Shown: in pieces, positions 39,157-53,105 of the stretch
Numbering within the stretch: position 1 is the first letter of the stretch
Layout: each line of letters opens with the position of its first letter
NCBI GenBank assembly: GCA_951406725.2
Contig: OX597817.1
Location: 25,668,001-25,732,000 of the forward strand
Reading direction: 5' to 3'
From: Octopus vulgaris
Taxonomy: Eukaryota
DNA length: 64,000 nt
Made by a program: the position numbers and the translations under genes
Notes under the pieces: model-generated
The model's input: the letters and a program-made list of their open reading frames with translations, nothing else
Databases searched by the model: none
What the model was told of the DNA's origin: nothing

Positions 39157-41601
39157 ATCCATCTATGTTTTTTGTTGTATTTGTATAAGTTTTTGTTGAG
39201 ATCTTTTTACATCTTATGTTGATCTCATTTCAATAATGTGTTTATCATGCTAATTTGTTTGGATTTCATTAATTGACATTTATGGTTAGTGCTAGCCATA
39301 TTTGTTATAGTGGATTTCTTGCCGATATTTATACATATATATATAGAATATCCAACCATGGAAATCATGTCAAAAGAGACATGGAGCCTGGATAGTTCTT
39401 CCTTTGGTCAGCTCCTGTGAAACCTCCAAATGATGCCAGCATGGAAAATGGACATCATGTTGATGGTGGTGATGATGATGATGATGATGAAATACATACA
39501 CATACACACGCATGCGCACATACACACACACACACACTTGAGACTGTTCGATCTGGTTGCCTCCAAAAAAATGTCCAAGCTAAACGTATTAGATTTTTTG
39601 TAAGTAAGCTTGTGAATGTGTATGGCAACAAAGACAAAAGAAAAAAAAAACGGAGAACATGGGACACAATTACAAATACAAACGTGAATATAACAACAGG
39701 TATCTTTCAACTGAGGGCAGGGTGTTTCAAAAAATTTGATATCATTTGAGATGGTTGGAAGAAGGAAGAAGAGTATTCTCACACCAATGACCAAACAACA
39801 GAGTGAATTCCACTTGAGTTACCAGTGGTACCATGCATTAGTGTTGCATTGGTCACAGGATTCAAGTGCTCAATGCAGCACTACCCATGTAGGCCAATGC
39901 TGGATTGGAGCGCAGGGTGTAAGAACCATAACAAATATTGCCAGGCATCTGATACAATATTCTGACAGTTTTACCAATCCATTGTCAGGATTGGTACTTT
40001 CTTCTCAACCCCAAATGATGAAAGGGAAATTTGATCTTTTGATGTATTTTATCCCAAACACTTCCATCTTTGCTAATTTACCATTTATCTATTATTAACA
40101 AACTTAATTTCTATGATCAAAATCATTTTTCACCAGGAAAAGGATGAGTTCTGTTAAAGTTCTGAATTGAGAATACACTACTGAACCTGTCAGCTGTATA
40201 GGAAACCAAGCCAATAAAGGCGTTTCTGTATGGTTACTCAATCTTCAGGAAATAGCAACTAAATTCTCTCAAATCAAACCATAATATTTTACATAAAGAA
40301 ATGGCTCATTTGATAATGTAGTCCTAGATATCATTAAAAAAACAGTATGTTTACAAACAGAATTCATTTTGTCCTTTGTCTGCTCTATCAGGGATGATTT
40401 GGGGCTCATGAACAACAGCTTGGTGAATGTATGTATAAAGAAATAAAGACACCCACCTCAATGTCAAAAAGATATGTCTGTAGTAACATATATAAATATT
40501 TCAAGCCTTATGCCTAGAGTGGAAGAGAACATATATAAACATTTAGATATTAGTGTGCAGAGAAAAGTCAATACAACTTCTCAGGATACAACCAGTTTCT
40601 GTATGACAAAGAGCTTGTCACGGGTTCCAGGTCAGACAAAATGCATAACATATACAAGTGTTTGACTAGTGATTTGCCTTGAAGCATTCAGTTGATTACC
40701 TCAGAACAAAAGGTAATGCTTTGGTTTAACTGACTATGCCACGCTCAAAAAAATACTATCTTTATATGATCAGAATAAACAGATAAAAACAAATTTTTTG
40801 ATGAGTTTGAATAAAAAAAAGTTCCAGTTTGCTCTCTCTTAGAAAAAGGTTAAGGAAATTAAAAACAATTATTGATTACAATCGATCAATATCAATCAGG
40901 CTTGATTACAATTATATCAGCACCATTGGCAAGTTGACTGTTGCTGGAAGTGTAGAATATGGACTAGAGCTAAAATTCTGTCAAGCGGTAATTACTTATA
41001 ACTATATAAAACAATCATCATGACTATCAACATCATCATCGTCATCATCACTGAGATCAATATCATCATTATCATTTCTGTTTTCATCATCATCATCATC
41101 ATCATCAACATCGTTATTGTTGTTAGTATTGTCAGGTTCAACATTATAGTTTTTAATCATCATCAAAATTGTTGACTTAACCATCACCATTACCATCATA
41201 ATCATCATCATCATCATCATCATCATTACCATTGGCGCTCCTTGTTAATTTTGCTTGTGAATGACAGTTTATTGTAAAATATATTTTCAAATGTAGAAAA
41301 AAAACTACAACTAAATTTTTGGTATTGACATATTTAATTTTGATGGCCAATACCACTGAGAAAATCTAATTTACAAAGAAAATGATGAGTACTTTCATTT
41401 TTCTTTCTTTCCCTGTATTTTTTTTCATTTCTTTTGTTCTTAATATGACTACAAGTGAGGGTTATTTTATAATGATTACAAAAAGAATTTGCAAATAAAA
41501 AAGAGCAAAAAATGATTTCTCCTTTTGTCTTTAGTTTTTATTTCCTGCTTTATACACACACATACATATATGCATACAAATATACATACATGCATGTATG
41601 C

Positions 41602-41644
<43 letters not shown>

Positions 41645-41943
41645 TATACATATATATGCACATATATATACTATATGTATGTGTATGTGTGTGTTTTACC
41701 ATTCATCCTAAGACTTTGTAAATTGTTTTCTATCTTACGCCTTCTCTTCCACCAATCAAACTACTGCAGACATATTTATTTGCTTTTAACATTAGACTAA
41801 TCTATTTTTAACCTTTAAGGAAAACCAGAAACAAAATTGGTTTCCTTGAATGTTCTATAATAAAAAAATAAAGGTGCCAATTATTTTGAGGTTGCATCGT
41901 GCTGTAATAAGAAATGTATGAAAAGAAAATAATAATAACAATG

Positions 41944-41986
<43 letters not shown>

Positions 41987-42214
41987 TGAAAAACAACTTT
42001 TAAAAATATAAAGATATATGTAAGCGATTAAACTAAACAATTGAAGTAATTCTTTGCCATGTAGAGAACTTGAAACAAGTTTTCAAATGGTAATGTTATT
42101 ATTTTTTTAAGTACCAAAATATGATGAATTTATAGTTTTTTTTTTCTCACTTCTTTTTCAGACTAGCAGCAAAAATGTTTGTATATTCATACACTCATAC
42201 CTTTACAAGTATGT

Positions 42215-43130
42215 AATCATCATCATCAGTTTTTCACGTCTGTTTCATCATGCTTACATTAGTTGGATTGTCCTCTCTATCACAGCATCCTACCACTTGT
42301 TGCAGTTTGTCAGTATGTCCAGTATCATGAAATCAGACTTCAACACTTTTCCTTCAGTTGTCTTCTCCAACTGGCTCAACTTAACGGAATTGCAGAGCAC
42401 TTCTTCATCCATATGTTACCTTTCGTATACATTATATATCCATGCAAACACAGTCTTCTAAATGGCATACTACAGCAGATTCTTTTGTTACTTATCATTT
42501 TGTCACAGCACATCTCTACTCTCTTGTTCATGAACATACATCATTTCTTTCCAGCCTAAATACCTCCCTCATAATTCAATACCCACACCATATACTTCAT
42601 ACACAAGCATCTTAAAATATGTCCTTCAGTCAGAAGAAGAATCCTTTCTATGCTTTTGTAAAACTTCAGGTCAGCTCTGAATTACTATCTTGTCTTTTCA
42701 CAGGTATTGTGTTCTCCAAATTACATTTTCCATTGTGTTCTTCCTATTCAAACCAAGATATATGTGCTTTGAAAATGGTTTTACAGCAATTCCTAGCCAA
42801 TCAAATGATAATGTTTAGGTTCACTCATTGGCATGCAAATATACACAAAACCCTTTATTGTCATTAGAGCCCTGAACTTTCTTTTTCCACAAACAAACTC
42901 TATACTGACTTTTATTCCTTTGCAATCAACTACTTTCAGCAAGCCTTCTGGCAGGCTGAAAGATTTCATTTCATGTATGCTTCTGTTGCAAAATGTTAAA
43001 TATGAAACCCTTCTTCTCAGCCAGCCTGTCAGAGATCCACATTTACCTATTAAGAAGTCATTAGTTTGCACTGAATACACATCAGAGAATTCCCATCTAT
43101 TTCTTCATATCTAGCATGGCTATTTCATAG
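42215..43130 (-). mobile_element. Decayed RTE LINE 3' part
   Basis: KCGSLTG..., LKVVD, RKFRAL remnants; (ATC)n tail near 42217. Confidence 0.6.
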
Positions 43131-43239
43131 CTGTAGCATTCTTAGAGACGAATGAAAAGGAAGATAAGGGGATAGCAAAAAAATACCATCATATTAAATT
43201 AAATTACTTCCAAGAATGTTTTTCTTTCTTTTCTTTTAT

Positions 43240-43640
43240 TCTTTTACTTGTTTCAGTCATTTAACTGTGGCCATGCTGGAGCACCGCCTTTAGTCGAACA
43301 AATCAACCCCAGGACTTATTCTTTGTAAGCCTAGTACTTATTCTATCGATCTCTTTAGCTGAACTGCTAAGGTACGGGGACGTAATCACACCAGCATCGG
43401 TTGTCAAGTGATGTTGGGGACACACAGACACACAAACATATATACACACACATACATATATATATATACATATATACAACGGGCTTCTTTCAGTTTCCAT
43501 CTACCAAATCCACTCACAAGGCTTTGGTCAGCCCGGGGCTATAGTAGAAGACATTTGATCAAGGTGCTATGCAGTGGGACTGAACCCGGAACCATGTGGT
43601 TGGTAAACAAGCTACTTACCACACAGCCACTCTAACACCT
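43240..43640 (-). mobile_element. SINE A
   Basis: Family match. Confidence 0.9.
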
Positions 43641-44658
43641 ATGTTTATGCATTCTAAGTTCAAATTTTGTTGAGTCTGACTTTTTCCCTTTTCCTTCTAT
43701 TTTTAATTTTTTTCATTCTTTTAATCTGGAAGCAAGGTAGTGCCCATGACTCTTTACCAAGCCTCCATGACTGATAAGAAGAAATGGAGGAAAATATCTT
43801 CAAATGCTTCCACAGGGTAATGTCTGCTATGGACACCGAAGATGCCAAGTGATAGTGTTGAACCACACAAGTAGACCATAACAGGATTTGAACTTCAAAT
43901 GTAAAAATTCTGAACAAATAGTGCAATACATCTGGTCTGCCTTTCTTAGAGTTTTGCTATTCTACTACCCTGGATTGATAGTGAAGTGTGAAAGGTTAAA
44001 AGTAAGACTGAGTTTGGCAGGAGTTGAAATCAGAACATGGTCAGTTAGAACAAATAACAAGACATTCTATCCAGCATTTTATCCAAAACTAGAATGACTA
44101 CCAAATTTTCCCTTATTAGTAATTCAAATATACATCATTAAGAGTGTTCAACAAACTATTCTCCTAAATAAATTTGTAGCTGTTTAAGAATATAGTAACC
44201 TATGTATAAGATACCTTGAATATGCCTGTGTGTTTGAGAGAGAGAGGGGGGGATTAAATGCTTATAAAAATTCAACGAGTCCGTATCTGTGACACAGCTT
44301 TCATTCCCTACTTTATTCGTTTCCTTTCTGTTATGTGACATGCTTGTAAATCTTAGCAGATTTAATTATCTGGAATAGGCTGAAATTCATCAGAAGGAAT
44401 TGCTCCTGTCTCTCTACATCAAGAAAAAATACATCCAACATTGCTCTCATTACATTGTTAGGTATTTACATCCAACAATTGAGCCTGTATGTCATCATTC
44501 AACTTGCCAGAAATAGAGAGCCACATATCTTTCATATTGTTGTTTTGAAATAGAAAGGACGCACTGGATAATGTAGTCCTTGATATGTTACAGCTGAAAA
44601 ATCGACAGAATGGTAATGGCAGAATTACATTTGATTATATAACTATTCAATCAAGATA

Positions 44659-44810
44659 TACTCTCGGAGTGGTTGGCATTAGAAAGGGCATCCAGCTGTA
44701 GAAACTCTACCAGACAAAGATTGGAGCCTGGTGCAGCCATCTCGTTTGCCAGTCCTCAGTCAAATTGTCCAACCTATGCTAGCATAGAAAGTGGACATTA
44801 AACGATGATA
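44659..44810 (+). mobile_element. Short RTE 3' end
   Basis: Matches 4265-4422. Confidence 0.82.
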
Positions 44811-45683
44811 ATATGTATAATAATTTTGAGCTGGTGTTAATGTCAAGAAGAGCAAATGAAGAGGCCTTTACATAGTTTCTGACCTGCTAAAAATAGCCTA
44901 ATAACCCTCATGTCAACACACCAATTTTAAAAAGAAAAAATACATGTCATCCTGGATATATCATGCTTTAAATAAAAACAGGATAGACATGGCTTGAACA
45001 CCTTTAATCATTATTCTGCTCAATTAGGGGTGAGCAGGGCTAAATAACAATAACAACATCATAAGATATTTCAATTTTGTGCATGTGTGTATAATCGCAT
45101 ATATTCTTGAATGTGTACATGCATATGCATACATTTGCATACAGGTGTATTTTTACCTGTATTTGCATGCTGAATTGATGAATCTAATACAAACCACATT
45201 GAATATATGCCATTATCTATTGTTTAATTAGGACATTTATTTCATATAATCTATAATGCAGCTTTCAAAGAAGTAATTAAGTGCTGGTATGTTTCAGTAG
45301 GCTGTGAGAGCCAAAGGTATTAAATGACACTGATGGCTGTCATTTAACTTAGATTCTGGATGAACTGCAACCTGAGTTTCTGCTGCGGACATCATTCATA
45401 TTGAGTGATTCTGTTGCTTTTGTTTCTTTTTGCACAACTGCATTAATTTATGAATAAGAGATGCTGCATAAATTGGAAAATGCAACAAAGCTAATGGATT
45501 CCTTGAATAAAACTAACATGACACAAGCAACAGAGACAATTTAATTCTGAAGACAGTGATCCAGAATGGCCTTACTGATAACAGATAAAACAAGCTAAAG
45601 AAATAAATAACCAAAATTAGTATGACGAATTTCGTACTAAGTATGCCATGAAGACTATATTATGATAATCAGTACTCTAAATA

Positions 45684-45824
45684 TTAGGTTGTCCCAAAAG
45701 TTCGTAAACACTTGCGAAAATTGAATTTTTACTTGCCAAGTACTAACAAAAACAACAAAAATTATTCCTCAAAATAAAGACCATTATTTTCCAAGACTTT
45801 CTACGAACTTTTGGGACAACCTTA
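45684..45824. mobile_element. Tiny mariner/Tc1-type MITE (~140 bp)
   Basis: AGGTTGTCCCAAAAGTTCGTA...TACGAACTTTTGGGACAACCT, TA flanks. Confidence 0.88.
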
Positions 45825-47623
45825 TATATAGGCACACCATTTGATGCCATAAATTCTAGCAGTGATTTTAAATGAATTCAATCAAGAAATTCTTTGGCTT
45901 TGTTTCAAAGGATTGTCAAATCTATAACTACTTTTTCACTACCTACTCTTTAAATAGTCTTATACAAAGATATCAATTCTGCTTAAGATGTTTCTTTTTA
46001 AGAAAAATAAAAAAAATAAAAATAAAACAACTATTCCATATCTCTAAAGTATTGACTTGAAAATTCCACTTCTGTTGTAAAACTGAATATATTATTTCAA
46101 ATATTTTGCCAAAGGTCAAATTATCTTTGAAGAACAATTGCATAATTGTTGCTGAAAACTTCTGCAAAAGAATTTTCTGACAATCATTTCTTTCACACAA
46201 TAATACTGCATGTAGAATCAATATAAATCAATAAAGATCAGGAGCATTTTATATATTTTGTCAATATTTGATAAAGACATGTTTATAATCTTCTTATTTT
46301 TGTTATAGATTCTATTCAGCTGCATAGTAACTTCTGATATACTAGACAACTTTTTCTCCAGTTCTCCAGACAACATAAATTTTTCTTTTTTATTGAAACA
46401 ATAATGTATGTTTCTAAGACTCACATTAATACTTGGCTTTCCAGTACCTATCCAAAGCACTTTGGATAATTGAGACCAGTTTTATAAGTTTACAAACGAA
46501 GCACCAATACGATATATATATATATATATATATACATTTGAGCTATGCTTTTATCTGAGACCAATTGACAGCAAGCACTAAAGCTATTGATAGCAGAAAA
46601 ATTCTCCAAAAACACTCATATAAAAAAAAAAAAAAACAGTATCTTTGTCGTCAATCTAGAACTGATATCTCTTCAGTTTTCTGAGCCTGAGTTCTGATAG
46701 ACTTCCAAGAAGGAAGCTACACTGACTTTTGGAAGAACCAAATAACCCATAATATACACTGCTAGGATATATTAAAACAATTGTAGCCCAGCATCTCTAG
46801 CATTTTGTTAAGAAAACAAAAGAAAACATTGTTTTACTGATATGACATTGTTGCCTGGTGTTGCTTGTCACTTGTGATGAGCTGAACAACAAAGATGTAT
46901 TTCGCTGGCTGTATGAGCAATAGTTTAAGTAAACTCACAAACATTTAACTGAAATATTTTATTACTGGCCATAAAGATATTTCACATTGGCAAACTACAA
47001 TGAACAATATTAATAACTGCTGAATTGGTTAGAGAGGAAAACGACACCATATCCATAGAAGTCTCTTATGAGACATTGTGTAACTGTTCCGTTCATTCTG
47101 TCTGAGAACCAGTTGTCGTCTGCACAAATGTTCAGAACCGTCTCCATGGCAAGAGAGGAGATGCATGAAATAATTAGTCACTTTCTACACTGCAATTAGT
47201 TTAGCATCAAAAACAGCTTTTATAATTAACAAAATGTCGAATTTTAAAGCGTTGAAGTAAACCACAGCCTTACACAGGTTGGTCAACTTATGGATCAATC
47301 ACGTCAAACTGTAGTGGTTCACTCATGGTATCAGTCCAAGTATCCAGCAGTTAGGTTTTGAATCTCCACTACAATGCATTAACTTACAATGCCTTAATCA
47401 CTTTTTAGTGAATTTGGTAACTTGAACACAGTAGAAGACTATACCAACTCAACTCAGCATCACAAATATTTGAATTAAGTTTGCACATATTCTGACATAT
47501 TTCTAATAGGGTCCAAGATTTCTTTACATTATAGATTTTGATGCTTCTTTCCCTAAAAGCTGTTCTAGATTCATCAATTGTCGAATATAAAATACTATGT
47601 TCTATCTATGCATATTACTTTCT

Positions 47624-47955
47624 GTGAAGGTGCATGGCTCAGTGGTTAGAGTGTTGGTCTCACAGTCATGAGATAGTGAGTTCAATTCCCAGACTGGGCT
47701 ATGTATTGAATTCTTGAGCAAGACACTTATTTCACATTGCCCCAGTTCACTCAGCTGTAGAAATGAGTTGCGACGTCACTGGTACCAAGCTGTATTGGCC
47801 TTTGCCTTTCTCTTGGATAACATCAGTGGTGTGTAGAGGAGAGGCTGACATGCATGGGTGACTGTTGGTCTTCTATCAACAACTTTGCCCAGACCTGTTC
47901 CTCAGAGAGTAACTTTCCAGGTGCAATCCTTCTTGTCACCCAATACCAAAGGTTT
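47624..47955 (+). mobile_element. SINE F
   Basis: Matches 37970-38305; B-box GAGTTCAATTCC. Confidence 0.85.
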
Positions 47956-47987
47956 TTTTTTACCCTTTTACTGTCTGTAAAATATAT

Positions 47988-48192
47988 AGGTGCAGGAGTG
48001 GCTGTATGGTAAGTAGCTTGCTTACTAACCACATTGTTCCGGGTTCAGTCCCACTGCTTGGCACCTTGGGTAAGTGTCCTCTACTATATCCTCAGGCCGA
48101 CCATAGCCTTGTGAGTGTATTTGGTAGACGGAAACTGTATATGTATGCATATATATATATGTATATATGCATGTATATATCTATATCTATAT

Positions 48193-48231
<39 letters not shown>

Positions 48232-48470
48232 TATGTATGTATGTGTGTGTATATGTTTGTGTGTCTGTGTTCGTTCCCCCAACATCGCTTGGCAACCGAT
48301 ACTGGAGTGTTTATGTCCCCATAACTTAGCAGTTCGTCAATAGAGACCGATAGAATAAGTATTAGGCTTACAAAGAATAAGTCCTTGGGTTGATTTGCTC
48401 GACTAAAGGGGGTGCTTCAGCATGGCCACAGTCAAATGACTGAAACAAGTAAAAGTGAGAGAGTAAAGAG
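47988..48470 (+). mobile_element. SINE A
   Basis: Family match. Confidence 0.88.
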
Positions 48471-48488
48471 TATATTAATATTACACTA

Positions 48489-48884
48489 TCTTTATATATA
48501 AAAGAGAGGTTGTGTGTCTGTCTCCTACGATTTAGATTCCTAACTACTCCCACATTTTGCGGTGCAGTTTAACCAAAACCAGGTATCTTATAGTCGTGAT
48601 TCATATCGAGCCCTTCTGGGTATTAGCGCGCGTCTTCAATGAGTCTACGATTTAAAAAAAAAATTACCATAATTTTTTTCCATTTTAATGCATTTTTTCG
48701 CTATTATATAAGGGAAGTAACTCTCTAAAAATGTCTACGATGAGTCAACGATTTAAAAAAAATTACCATAATTTTTTTTCCATTTTTAATGCATTTTTTT
48801 GCTATTTTTTGGCTATAACTCTCTAAAAATGCTTATATAGTTATTTCCCTTACAAACCCAAGCAACGCTGGGCGATACTGCTAG
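48489..48884 (+). mobile_element. Non-autonomous Helitron
   Basis: A|TCTTTATATATAAAAG start; CCCAAGCAACGCTGGG then GATACTGCTAG|T end, shared with 34628-35027; internal duplication. Confidence 0.82.
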
Positions 48885-48915
<31 letters not shown>

Positions 48916-49777
48916 GGCTGTAGATTGGAGATCCTTCTTGACATACGTTCCAGTAAGTAACCATCGTTTTACATGTCATGCTTAAGACTATGTTTTTCAT
49001 GAGAAATGAATATCTTGTGCTGCTCTTATTTGTTCAAGTATTGAATTTTCAAATATATGAGTTTGTGCAGGAAAGGATATAAGAAAATTAACAACAACAG
49101 CAACAACACAGACATTATCATCATCATCATCATCACTGTCATGAATATTCTCACCACCACCACCAACAACAACAACAGCAGCCACTATAATAACAAACGA
49201 AAGTAATATATGTTTTAACTAGTAATTTCAATCAGTTGTTAATTTAGCAAATCAATGGAACAACTTTTAGCTTCATTTCCACTGAAATATAAATGGCAAA
49301 AGAATACACTGTCACGTGAAATATCCATTTATGTATGAAAAATTGTTATTTCTCATGTCCAGTGTAACTTTTAAGAAAGATTCATCAGAACTGGCAGTAG
49401 CATTTTAGTTTGGTGTTATTTTATTTGGTGTCGGTAGTATTTTAGTTATTTCATAGTTTGGTGTTAACGCAGAATGAATTTTGAATAGATTGGAATTATT
49501 CATGTCTATGGGGTCAATATAAATAGGTTTTACAGGACCTTTTAAATTAATATGTAAAATTTGTGGAGTCACTAATTGAACTGTCACTAATGAAAATCAA
49601 TGGATTGTATTGCTTTTCCCTGTATTTTTTTAATTTTTATTTTTTGGTTGGTATCTTCACAAAATGGGAAATTGTCTTGATATTGTCATAATAAAATTGA
49701 GTCATAGCTCAGTTGTTAAAACATTACAGTATACATACATGAAAGTAACACTTGTCTTATTTTAATTTTCTGATCAT

Positions 49778-49810
<33 letters not shown>

Positions 49811-50140
49811 GTTTAGCGTCCGTTTTCCATACTAGCATGGGTTGGACGGTTCTACTGGGGTCTGTGAAGCCAGAAGGCTTCATCAGGCCCAGTCAAATCT
49901 GGCAGTGTTTCTACGGCTGGATGCCCTTCCTAACGCCAACAACTCCATGAGTGTAGTGGGTGCTTTTTACGTGCCACCCGCACAGGTGCCAGACAGAGCT
50001 GGCAAACGGCCACGAACGGATGGCGCTTTTTATGTGCCACCGGCATGGGGGCCAGACAGAGCTGGCAACGGACACGAATGGATGGTGCTTTTTACGTGCC
50101 ACCGGCACGAGGCCAGCCGGGGCGGCACTGGCAACGGTCA
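49778..50140 (-). mobile_element. RTE 3' UTR
   Basis: (ATC)n tail and ~50-bp internal repeats as at 23505. Confidence 0.85.
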
Positions 50141-50649
50141 TGTATACAATTAAAGCTTGTTCAACCAAAGTTTAAGTGCATGGTGCTTTTGAATTAGTAG
50201 TATTCATCATAGATGTTTCGTAGTATAAAATTCTGTATCATCCTCACAAATGACATCACAGGAAGAGCTACATCTCATTTGGTGATGTAGATATAACATT
50301 ACTGAATTGTAAAAAGTTGGTAGACCACACTGTAGTATCATACAGTGTTTACCAAGTTTTTCTTACATTCATACCAATATAAAAAACCTGTATGAAATTA
50401 TTTCATGTTGTATGATTGGTATGGCCCACTAAAATTTGTTCATAAATAAAACTTATGTGGCTTTCAATTGCTTTAATCATATCTATTCAAGGACCTAAAA
50501 AAAACAACACAAACTAATAAAATAATAGTTAAAGGTACAGTTCTGTATCTATTTAAGATGATGGTCTTAAAAAGCTTATTATGCAACCTTTCCAAGTTGA
50601 ATAATTACAGCCACCTGGTTTTAATTTGTTTCTTGGTCATGCGCATAAT

Positions 50650-50866
50650 ACAAAAGGTGCTGAAAAGTTCCTGGCTTTGGGTAAAAGAAAATACAAGAAG
50701 ATCAGTTAATTATGATTTTATCCCACATATTCTCCTCTCAGATTCACTCACTTATTGCAGTGGTCCTTCAGTTTTTCTAAGCCCTTTAAAATAGCTCAGA
50801 AGTTTGGGCTTCCAGCCAGGTCTTTCACAATACCCTTAAAGATACAAACTTTAAATCAACCCCTCA
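50650..50866. mobile_element. Decayed mariner-type MITE
   Basis: GGTGCTGAAAAGTT...AACTTTAAATCAACCCCT degenerate TIR pair. Confidence 0.5.
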
Positions 50867-52439
50867 CAAAAACGTAATAATGGGATAGGAAAACTTGTGA
50901 GTTCCTTTTAACTCAACAAGAATACTAGCATGGCTGTAATGATCCAAAATTTGAGTTGCAAGTATGGGATCTGAGGATCAATCCTACTGCATGATAACAT
51001 GGAAATTATTTTCTAACATAATTTCAGTTCAAGCTTTAGGAGGGAAAATGAGCAACATAAACTGTGTGACAGGGTACTGGAGCTGTTCTTTGAAGGTAGC
51101 CTTAATCAATTGTCCAATTTTACATCTCCACCTAGCCCTTGGGTACCATTAATAGAGTATACCCAATGTAGCAACATTCAAGCCAATTGTCCTGTCAGAG
51201 GATAACTGCATCTCTTCTTTCAGCAACCTCAGAGGCCTGAAAAAGACCAGAAACACTACACTTTCTTCTTTGACTAAATACTTAAAATGTGAAATAAATC
51301 AAAGTAAATGTTCTGATGCTTGTTTTTATCATATACAGAAAGAGATTTTAATAATGAGATAGACACTATGATAAGATTCCTTTTAATTTATATAACTATG
51401 CAACTCATGTCTTGTGGAAATTGTTGTATTGACAAGTTTGAAAACAGTTTTGATAGAGGTTAATCATAGTATAATGAAATGGCATTCATGAGAATTAACA
51501 TGTCTTGTTAGCTGTAGTTTTATAATTGAGACCAAGTGAATGATAGATTTACAGGGAGGTCTTGATCTTGTCAAGCATGTAGCTCACAGTCTCAGGGCCA
51601 CTGTAATATAATTTCAAAAGGATAAAAAAATGAATGATCATGGATCTCAAGATCCACTATGATGATGATGGTGATGATGGCGATGATAATCCTCCTCCTC
51701 TTCTCCCTCCTCATTATTATTAGTTTTACAGTTATCAACATCCTCACCACAACCACCACGATTATCGGTTGTATTTTTTGTTGTTGTTGTTCTAGTACAC
51801 AAGTCAGTTTTGTTTATAGGTTATTATTTCCATTTTTCATTTTTCAATTTACATCATTTTTACGCTATCACTGATCTAACAATTTGTAATGACATAAATC
51901 TGAAAACCTAATGAATTAAATTGGTATTCTGAAAAAATTATTATCAAAACAAAAATGATAATAAATGTGAAAACAAAGCAATAAAATAAATTAATCAGCT
52001 AAACTCAAAATACCAAAGCGGAAGTTGATAATGAGGACTTCAAACTTCAAATATTAAATTAAAACCAACAGCACTTAACATATAAATGATTTTTTAAAAT
52101 TCATGGTAGTGATTTGACAGAAATAGTAGAATGTGGAACTATATGCTGTGTAAATGTTTTATCTAGTACCATGCCAGTCACCATATCACATACAAAGGTA
52201 ACATTGCTATTCATCTCTCCAGACTTGAATTAATTACCAATGATATATTGGGGTTGATCTATTCAATGATATTCATTCTCAACAAAAATTTGGTTTTGTG
52301 TAGAGACAACTAGATTTATACTTTGAACATAAATATGTGTTGAAAAGATATAGGAAGCTCCAGGTAAACTGAGTTTAAAAAGCAAATTTAAATCTCACCT
52401 GCTGGTTATTTCAGTTGGGATACAAATCACATTCTTTTG

Positions 52440-52827
52440 TTTGTTTCAGTCATTTGACTGTGGCCATGCTGAAGCACCACCTTTAGTTGAGCAAATCAAC
52501 CCCAGGACTTATTCTTTGTAAGCCTAGTACTTATTCTATCAGTCTCTTTTGCCAAACTGCTAAGTTATGGGGACGCATGCACAGACACACAAACACACAC
52601 ACACACATATATATGCGTGTGTGTGACCGCATGTGTATCGTTGGCGATTTTCTTTCTCCGTCTTCCCTTCCTTGGACCTTTCCTTTTTCTATGTTTCTGC
52701 TGAAGAGCTCTGCACGAAATATTAAATCCTCCTTCTTTCTTTCCTTTCCTGAGCGTCCAATAACACTATACTTGTTCCACGTCCTTGCGTTGTTCTCTTT
52801 ATTCATTTTGGGATTATCTATCAGTCA

Positions 52828-52860
<33 letters not shown>

Positions 52861-52888
52861 CCTACCTACCTACCTACCTACCTACCTA

Positions 52889-52950
<62 letters not shown>

Positions 52951-53105
52951 GAGCTTCTTTTAGTTTCTGTCGACCAAATCTACTCAGAAGACTTTAGTCA
53001 GCCCAAGGCTATAGTAGAAGACACTTGCCCAAGGTGCCACACAATAAGACTGAACTCAGAATTATGTGGTTGGTAAGCAAGCTACTTACCACAACCACTC
53101 CTGCA
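52440..53105 (-). mobile_element. SINE A split by a plus-strand Penelope-type fragment (~52620-52815) and microsatellites
   Basis: A halves at 52440-52600 and 52950-53105; insert carries a decayed hammerhead at 52693-52727. Confidence 0.8.

Noticed and set aside
45900-47400. ORF-like unique region (45973-46460) and a faint CR1/L2 RT resemblance near 46900-47200
   Set aside because: Too degenerate to classify; no convincing motif
51165-51237. Possible minus-strand exon PLRLLKEEMQLSSDRTIGLNVATL after a good acceptor
   Set aside because: Weak donor and no homology recognised
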